A stretch of DNA of 59,638 bases from a virus (taxonomy: Duplodnaviria; Caudoviricetes): positions 1 through 59,638 of the IMG/VR virus record IMGVR_UViG_3300044645_001220; one strand, 5' to 3'. The notes beneath the pieces were generated by a model, which was not told the origin of the DNA, made no database searches, and saw only the letters and a program-made list of their open reading frames with translations. Shown here in pieces: positions 54,320-59,638 of the stretch (its first letter is position 1; every line of letters starts with the position of its first letter). Position numbers and translations under genes: made by a program.

Positions 54320-54607
54320 GTGAGTCTTAAAACGTACAAGTCGAGCGCTCGGAAGTACCGAAGCACCAAGAAACTGCTTGGTGAGTATCAGCGACAAATC
54401 AACTCTGACTTCGTTAGGCTTCTTGAAAGTCTGCTGGAGAGTCATTCCCTGAGCGATGTTGCAAAGAGGACTGGATACGGAGTCACCTACTTGTGTCTGT
54501 TGCGTTACGGCAAGAGGATGGCGACAATCGATGTTTTCGAGTCGCTTATCGCTCTAGCCGAGGGACGCAAGAATGAACGCAAGAGGAAGATTCCTTCCAA
54601 GCCGTAG
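54320..54607 (+). CDS. XRE-like HTH protein
   Basis: SLSDVAKRTG....YL..L..GKR; start uncertain. Confidence 0.65.
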   Translation: MSLKTYKSSARKYRSTKKLLGEYQRQINSDFVRLLESLLESHSLSDVAKRTGYGVTYLCLLRYGKRMATIDVFESLIALAEGRKNERKRKIPSKP

Positions 54608-55052
54608 TGCTTCAATGGTTTTGACGATCGCTTTCCTGGCGGCAGTTGCGGCCCCGGCTTCAACTGCCGTTTCTTATTTGGCCGATCGAGTAGAACCGTC
54701 GTTCGTCTACGCTGCAAAGGTGGTCGATGTCGTTGATGGAGACACGATCGATGTCCTCATTGACCTTGGGTTCAAGACTTTCTCCGAGCAGCGAATCAGG
54801 GTTCTCGGAATCGACTGCCCGGAGGTGAAGGGCAAGACAAAGAAGGCCGGTGACGCTGCGACTGAGGCTACTCGAATCTGGGTGAAGTCTCACGGAAGTA
54901 TCGTCGTCCGAACTGTGAAGGCCAAGAAAGGCCAGATCGATTCGTTCGGTCGGTATCTCGCAGAAGTCCTTGGGGACGATCAGGCAGGAACCCAATCGTC
55001 CCTCGGAGAGTTTCTTCTGTCAGAGGGGCACGCTAAGGCGTATCGGGAGTGA
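54573..55052 (+). CDS. Thermonuclease (SNase family) with N-terminal hydrophobic segment
   Basis: VVDGDTID, RVLGIDCPE, DSFGRYLA, LL.EGHA. Confidence 0.92.
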   Translation: MNARGRFLPSRSASMVLTIAFLAAVAAPASTAVSYLADRVEPSFVYAAKVVDVVDGDTIDVLIDLGFKTFSEQRIRVLGIDCPEVKGKTKKAGDAATEATRIWVKSHGSIVVRTVKAKKGQIDSFGRYLAEVLGDDQAGTQSSLGEFLLSEGHAKAYRE

Positions 55053-55689
55053 TCTTGATGCGTGCGTACTTCCACGTCAGCGCATGCCTTCCGTTGCAGC
55101 GGTCGCGACAAACAAATCTTTGATACAAGTTTTGGTCGCTGATTACTGCAAGAAGCTCTCTGGTTTCAAAACCCATTTCCTGGCAGTCGCTCACCTCAAC
55201 CATCTCCCCAACGTCTGCCTGCGTCGGATCTCGGTACTGCTCAGAGGGTGGGGTGGTGGGGACAATGACGGGGCAAGCGTGACCGCACCAATTTACATCA
55301 GCCACCCTCGATTCGTTCAATAGGCAAAAATACCTTTGACCAATTCTGGGCCTCTCGTACACCAACGCATTGCCCTCGCCAATCTCAGACGCCATCGCAT
55401 CCGGCACCGCGATATCGACAACGCTGTAGCCTTCCGGAACCCAAGATTGCATCGGCTCAACCGGATCGCCAACATTCAGCGTCTTTGGCTCAACCGGCTC
55501 AAGCCAGTCCGGATGGAAATGGTAATCTCCAGCGCCCACCAGCTTAAAGTAGCCACTATACGCAACCAACTCCCTAATTCGATGCAACGATCCATCAAAA
55601 AGATCCATTTCCGGGGACCACGCTGGGCCGTGCATCACATTCGCAGGCTTCCGCACTCGCACCCGATCTCCAACCTGAAACTTACTCAC
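55033..55689 (-). CDS. Hypothetical protein with SH3/KOW-like N-terminus
   Basis: KFQVGDRVRV; C-terminal W.YARI. Confidence 0.75.
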   Translation of the reverse strand: MSKFQVGDRVRVRKPANVMHGPAWSPEMDLFDGSLHRIRELVAYSGYFKLVGAGDYHFHPDWLEPVEPKTLNVGDPVEPMQSWVPEGYSVVDIAVPDAMASEIGEGNALVYERPRIGQRYFCLLNESRVADVNWCGHACPVIVPTTPPSEQYRDPTQADVGEMVEVSDCQEMGFETRELLAVISDQNLYQRFVCRDRCNGRHALTWKYARIKITPDTP

Positions 55690-55721
55690 GATCTACCTTC
55701 CTCTCTCTTCCAGCAACAAAA

Positions 55722-56270
55722 TCACACAAGCAGCAACGCCGCTGCATACACAACAGTCACAGTCAAGATGAACGCACCCACAACCAAAGCCAACTCAAAC
55801 AGCCAGCCAGTAGGCTCCCAGTCTCCGTCGTCCTTGGAATCTGCGTCAGGGTCCACGGAATTGCCCTGCCTACGCCACGCCAGAGCTTCGGGCGACTGAC
55901 CATAGGCAAACGGATCGGATGCGTCATACTGGCCAGAAACGGGCTTTCTCCAGCCCTCTTCCGGGAGGTACAGGTACTCGACATCCTTCGCCTTCCAAGG
56001 ATACCCACTAGAAATGTCGATCGTAGCCGTCTGCGCCCAGACACCCCTGGGAAGCGGATCGCTTTCAACCCACAGGTTTCGCTCAGAGACAAGCATTTTC
56101 GCGTAGTCGGCTGACTCCTCAGAAGAGCAGACCTGATGTTTGTCGATCTCCCCCGGTATCCGGCCACTGGAATTCTTACTGGGATTCTCAGACCAAATCT
56201 CGAAAACCCACCAGTCACCCAGCTTGCGAAGTTTCCCGATACGCAATGAATCTTTTCCGCCAGTCATCAC
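55722..56270 (-). CDS. Hypothetical protein with C-terminal TM segment
   Basis: Hydrophobic C-terminus; overlapping gene chain. Confidence 0.65.
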   Translation of the reverse strand: MMTGGKDSLRIGKLRKLGDWWVFEIWSENPSKNSSGRIPGEIDKHQVCSSEESADYAKMLVSERNLWVESDPLPRGVWAQTATIDISSGYPWKAKDVEYLYLPEEGWRKPVSGQYDASDPFAYGQSPEALAWRRQGNSVDPDADSKDDGDWEPTGWLFELALVVGAFILTVTVVYAAALLLV

Positions 56271-56665
56271 TCGCTCTCCTCTCCAGGTACAAATTCACCG
56301 TGACTCCAACTCACAACCTCGCTCTGGATAGCTTTCAAGCTACCCTCGTCGCACTTGTGTAAATGATCGCGCAAGTCACCATACGTCTTGCGGAATAGAA
56401 TCTGCCAAGCCAGCATCCGTCTCGTCCGGTCGTCCAGGATCACCCCAAGCTCTCTCTGAACACCGTCGTCCCGGACACGCACGTTCGCCCCGTTACTCAG
56501 AATCAGGACGCCATTGTGGACGTTCATCACCTTGGCAAGTTGCAACCTGGGAAGCTCTCCGTAGTCGGCGCCGTACTTCCTCCAGACATGAAGAACCTCG
56601 TCACCAGGACGAAGCTCCGATAGGTCGCCGTCAAACGTCACTCGCCCAATGTCAACTCGCTGCAT
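56267..56665 (-). CDS. Hypothetical protein
   Basis: 132 aa in the minus-strand operon. Confidence 0.7.
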   Translation of the reverse strand: MQRVDIGRVTFDGDLSELRPGDEVLHVWRKYGADYGELPRLQLAKVMNVHNGVLILSNGANVRVRDDGVQRELGVILDDRTRRMLAWQILFRKTYGDLRDHLHKCDEGSLKAIQSEVVSWSHGEFVPGEESE

Positions 56666-56667
56666 GG

Positions 56668-57048
56668 CTAATCCCTCCCTTTGGACTTGCGGCCCATCTC
56701 CCGCTGATGGACTTGCATCACTACAGCATACACCTGCTCAAGCTCCTCGTTCGTGAAATCAAGCCAGTCCGAGAAGTAGGCAAGCCGATGAATCATCTCC
56801 TGCCTCCTCGCCTTCTCCAGCAACTCAGGCGTAGGAATCATGGCTTTGTCCGCTGAAGTGGAGTACGGCTGACGGCCACGAACCGTCAGGTCCGGGTTCA
56901 GCGTCCTGCCCCCCTTCATCACAATCCTGCCGCTAGGAGTCACCTTCTCCACCGTGTCAGTCACATACCGACTGTGATCCTTGAAAACCAGCTTGTCCCC
57001 AGGCTTCACAACAGGATTCTCTTTTGATCCAGGCATAACCTCACCCAC
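56668..57048 (-). CDS. Hypothetical protein
   Basis: VKPGDK..., VEKVTPSGRI motif. Confidence 0.7.
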   Translation of the reverse strand: MGEVMPGSKENPVVKPGDKLVFKDHSRYVTDTVEKVTPSGRIVMKGGRTLNPDLTVRGRQPYSTSADKAMIPTPELLEKARRQEMIHRLAYFSDWLDFTNEELEQVYAVVMQVHQREMGRKSKGRD

Positions 57049-57075
57049 CTAAAGCCTCTCGGATACCAGTGTACG

Positions 57076-57489
57076 TCACTTCATAGACTCCAGGATGAAT
57101 GCTAGCTCGCGGCACTGCCTAATGTGTTCTTTGTGCTTCGCAAGCTCATCGGCCTTCCTCTGTATCATTAGGTCGCTAGCAAAAAACCCCGGATCTTTGC
57201 GCTTCAGTGCAAGTATGCCGTGCAAGCTGACCAGAGCCGATATTCTGCTGTCTGCCGGAACAACATACAGTTCTTCTCGATAGACCACTGCAACCTCGTC
57301 ACGCGCACCATCAGGACACTTGTCCCACACGGTTATCATAATATCCGGCGTGTCATTGCCTCGTAGATATTGCCTTGCGTCGGAAATCGCGTCCCTCGCC
57401 GTCTTCGAGAAAAAGCAGTCGATTCTCTGGTTGTCGTCCTCGACATAGCACCTAAACCTCCATTCATCCATCCAGTCTCGATCTGACAT
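57076..57489 (-). CDS. Hypothetical protein
   Basis: SD GAGGT; 137 aa. Confidence 0.7.
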   Translation of the reverse strand: MSDRDWMDEWRFRCYVEDDNQRIDCFFSKTARDAISDARQYLRGNDTPDIMITVWDKCPDGARDEVAVVYREELYVVPADSRISALVSLHGILALKRKDPGFFASDLMIQRKADELAKHKEHIRQCRELAFILESMK

Positions 57490-57493
57490 AACC

Positions 57494-57766
57494 TCACCCC
57501 CCTAAAGCCTCTCGGCCACCAGCAGCAACAGATCGCATACGCTCAAAAACCTCACTCAACCGCTCCTGCACCCACACATCTTCTCCGTCAATCCTCACCA
57601 ATGTCCCGTTCACATCCACATACCCAGTGTCGGCCACAATCCGCTGCTTCTTCGCTCGAAGCATCGTCACCGCCGTCAAACGAACCTGGATCAGATACCC
57701 GTTCACATCCGTCAGCTTCATAAACCCCGGCATCCAACACCCCCTCCCGGCCCACTCCCAGGCCAT
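57494..57766 (-). CDS. FlbD-like small protein (true start may be downstream)
   Basis: MKLT..NG....V......T.V...G....V.E...EV pattern. Confidence 0.55.
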   Translation of the reverse strand: MAWEWAGRGCWMPGFMKLTDVNGYLIQVRLTAVTMLRAKKQRIVADTGYVDVNGTLVRIDGEDVWVQERLSEVFERMRSVAAGGREALGG

Positions 57767-58003
57767 TCACCAGCCATCCAACCAAAAAACAACCAAACAA
57801 CCACACAAAGAACAACAAACAGTATCAAGAAGTGATAGGAAAATCAAGCCGAATCGTACAGTTTTTTGTAAATCAAAAATCGAAATTACCAAGCAAATCA
57901 TTCAAGTCGCTGTATATGGGGGATCAATGATTTCTCACGAAAATTCTGGAGGGGGAATCTGAGGTTCACTGTGCCGCCAGCGGGGCCCCCCCCTCCCTCC
58001 GGT

Positions 58004-58079
58004 CCTCTGGACCCCCTCTGGACCCCCTTTTCCCAGCCTTTTCCAGCCTTTTCCAGCCTTTTCCATCCGGTTTCCATTC
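58004..58079. repeat. Short tandem repeats (CTCTGGACCCC x2; TTTTCCAGCC x4, degenerate)
   Basis: Directly visible in the divergent non-coding region. Confidence 0.85.
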
Positions 58080-58375
58080 GTCACCATCGACCGTTTCCGA
58101 AGACGGACCCCATCGGATGCCATGCAATGCCATGAATTAACTCCCAATGCCACCCCCGCCCCCTCCTCCAACCCTGCCAATGCCCCCTATGTTGCAAAAA
58201 CCAAGTGTCCAACCAACCCTACCAATCCCGCTTCCACCCTTATTTTTATTGGCAATTCGACGATTCCCAAAAATTCCACCTTTACCCCGCCGTAAAATAA
58301 GAGCAGAGCCGACCCCAGCAGCACCCCGCAGCACTGGACGATCGGCACCCAACCCTCTTCAAGGAGCAGAAGACG

Positions 58376-58945
58376 ATGGACCCTGTTAAAGCATACTTGA
58401 GACGACGAACCGCTATTGCGGACCACATCCACCGAAAAACCCGTATCGGCCTGAAGACAGCCTACTTCATAGCCGATGAACATCTAGCCAAGTGTGAGCG
58501 ACGACAGGAGGACCGCCTGAAAGACGCCCCCGCCCATTGGAGCGCCCCGACGAACGCGCCTGACTGGTATGCCGAGCAGTGGCATGACGTTTACGCAGGC
58601 TACCTTGCCGATGGATTCGAGCCTGAAGAGATCCGCCTTTGGATGATAGAGGATTCGATTCTCAAGCGGCGCAACACCCTACGCCATCGGCAGAAGCTAC
58701 GACTTGCCGTACTTGCCGCCCTTTGGCGATCCCGACAAAACGACGAACCGGAAGACGACCGCGCCCCTATCGTTGATCGTGTCATTCTCTACGAGGAAGC
58801 AGTATCGCAAGGCGTGAGACTGGACGAGGTGAACGAGGCACTTCGGCTAGTGGCGATCGATCGAAAGACTCGGAAAGAGCAGAACCGCTTGGCGTATATC
58901 GTTCGACGTATGCGGGGAAGGAGGAGCGCGAACGCCGGTTGCTAG
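58376..58945 (+). CDS. Hypothetical Arg-rich protein
   Basis: SD AAGGAG; 189 aa. Confidence 0.65.
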   Translation: MDPVKAYLRRRTAIADHIHRKTRIGLKTAYFIADEHLAKCERRQEDRLKDAPAHWSAPTNAPDWYAEQWHDVYAGYLADGFEPEEIRLWMIEDSILKRRNTLRHRQKLRLAVLAALWRSRQNDEPEDDRAPIVDRVILYEEAVSQGVRLDEVNEALRLVAIDRKTRKEQNRLAYIVRRMRGRRSANAGC

Positions 58946-59003
58946 TGGTTGAAGTGTGGTTGAAGTGTGGTTTGATTCTCAATTTTTCAAGGAACTGAAA
59001 ACC

Positions 59004-59459
59004 ATGGCTAAGAAGAGCGAAAACGTAGCAATCGATTGGGCTTTCGGTGGCATTGTGGCTGATATGCCCACGAAGAAAGCCACGAAGGCTAACCAAAAAG
59101 TCTTCGGGGGGTGGATTGTCGAAACGTACCGATCGAAGGACGGTAAGGAGGGGGTTTCCATCTTCCCGGCCAATTTCACTGGCTTTTATGGCAAATTGAC
59201 GATCGCATCGGCAACGAAACTGGCGCAGTCATACCTATCGGCGGGCGCGGGAGGTGGAACGCGCGAGAAGTGTACGGAGAAAGCAGAAGCAGCAGCGCGA
59301 CAATTCGTCGCGAATCCGTTTAGTGATCCCAATATGCGCCAGCATGTTCAAGGATTGATTGACGATTTGCCCGGTTTTCAGCTTGCATACGCATTCGCCC
59401 AGAAAGCAGGCGCAGGTCCCGACGACCTAGCCGCAGCGCGAGCCGCATTGAAAGACTAG
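59004..59459 (+). CDS. Hypothetical protein
   Basis: SD AAGGA; followed by a terminator. Confidence 0.75.
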   Translation: MAKKSENVAIDWAFGGIVADMPTKKATKANQKVFGGWIVETYRSKDGKEGVSIFPANFTGFYGKLTIASATKLAQSYLSAGAGGGTREKCTEKAEAAARQFVANPFSDPNMRQHVQGLIDDLPGFQLAYAFAQKAGAGPDDLAAARAALKD

Positions 59460-59488
59460 GCGAGATTGGCGGATGATTGATTGACCGC

Positions 59489-59519
59489 AGGGGGGGACTT
59501 GTTCCCCCCCTTTTTTTTT
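59489..59519 (+). terminator. Intrinsic terminator
   Basis: AGGGGGGGA/TCCCCCCCT stem plus a 9-T run. Confidence 0.9.
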
Positions 59520-59638
59520 GCTCCCAGGCATCGCTCCCAGGCATCGCTCCCAGGCCGGGACCGTCGGCGATGCCGGTCCTCGTGGCATCGCTCCCAGGCC
59601 GGGACCGTCGGCGATGCCGGTCCTCGTGGCATCGCTCC

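Noticed and set aside
58945-58972. GTGGTTGAAGT tandem repeat
   Set aside because: Only about 2.5 copies with no second occurrence noticed; probably local slippage
59512-59638. 127-bp end repeat as a biological direct terminal repeat
   Set aside because: The length equals a common assembly k-mer, and it begins inside a T-run and ends inside a tandem repeat; best read as circular overlap

Overview
This window looks like a complete, circularly assembled tailed-phage genome of about 59,511 bp; bases 1-127 repeat exactly at 59512-59638. The host is probably a Planctomycete, inferred from a DUF1580-type HTH, a CsrA homologue and the style of its attC-like hairpins. Layout: a repeat-rich junction (57.8 kb round to 0.65 kb); an early operon (0.67-9.1 kb) with a clamp-loader-like AAA+ protein, a CsrA homologue and a MoxR/RavA-like ATPase plus vWA partner; a minus-strand serine recombinase and HTH (9.2-10.4 kb); head, packaging and tail genes with an Acb2/Tad1-like protein and four glycosyltransferases (10.6-40.5 kb); a possible protease-based lysis cluster (40.5-42.4 kb); recombination and replication genes (42.8-49.4 kb); and accessory genes. 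The most notable signals are non-coding. (1) Two twister ribozymes bracket a single ORF, so self-cleavage would release an mRNA with ligatable ends. (2) An integron-like attC cassette array with no integrase is interleaved with copies of a tRNA-like 3' end (50.8-52.9 kb). (3) A phage CsrA homologue coincides with a CA(N)GGA box at most early ribosome-binding sites. Also present are a putative anti-SD small RNA, an antisense 36-aa Gly/Lys/Cys peptide unit with its own promoter, and a candidate virion glycosylation system. All protein calls come from motif recognition by eye; no database searches were run.
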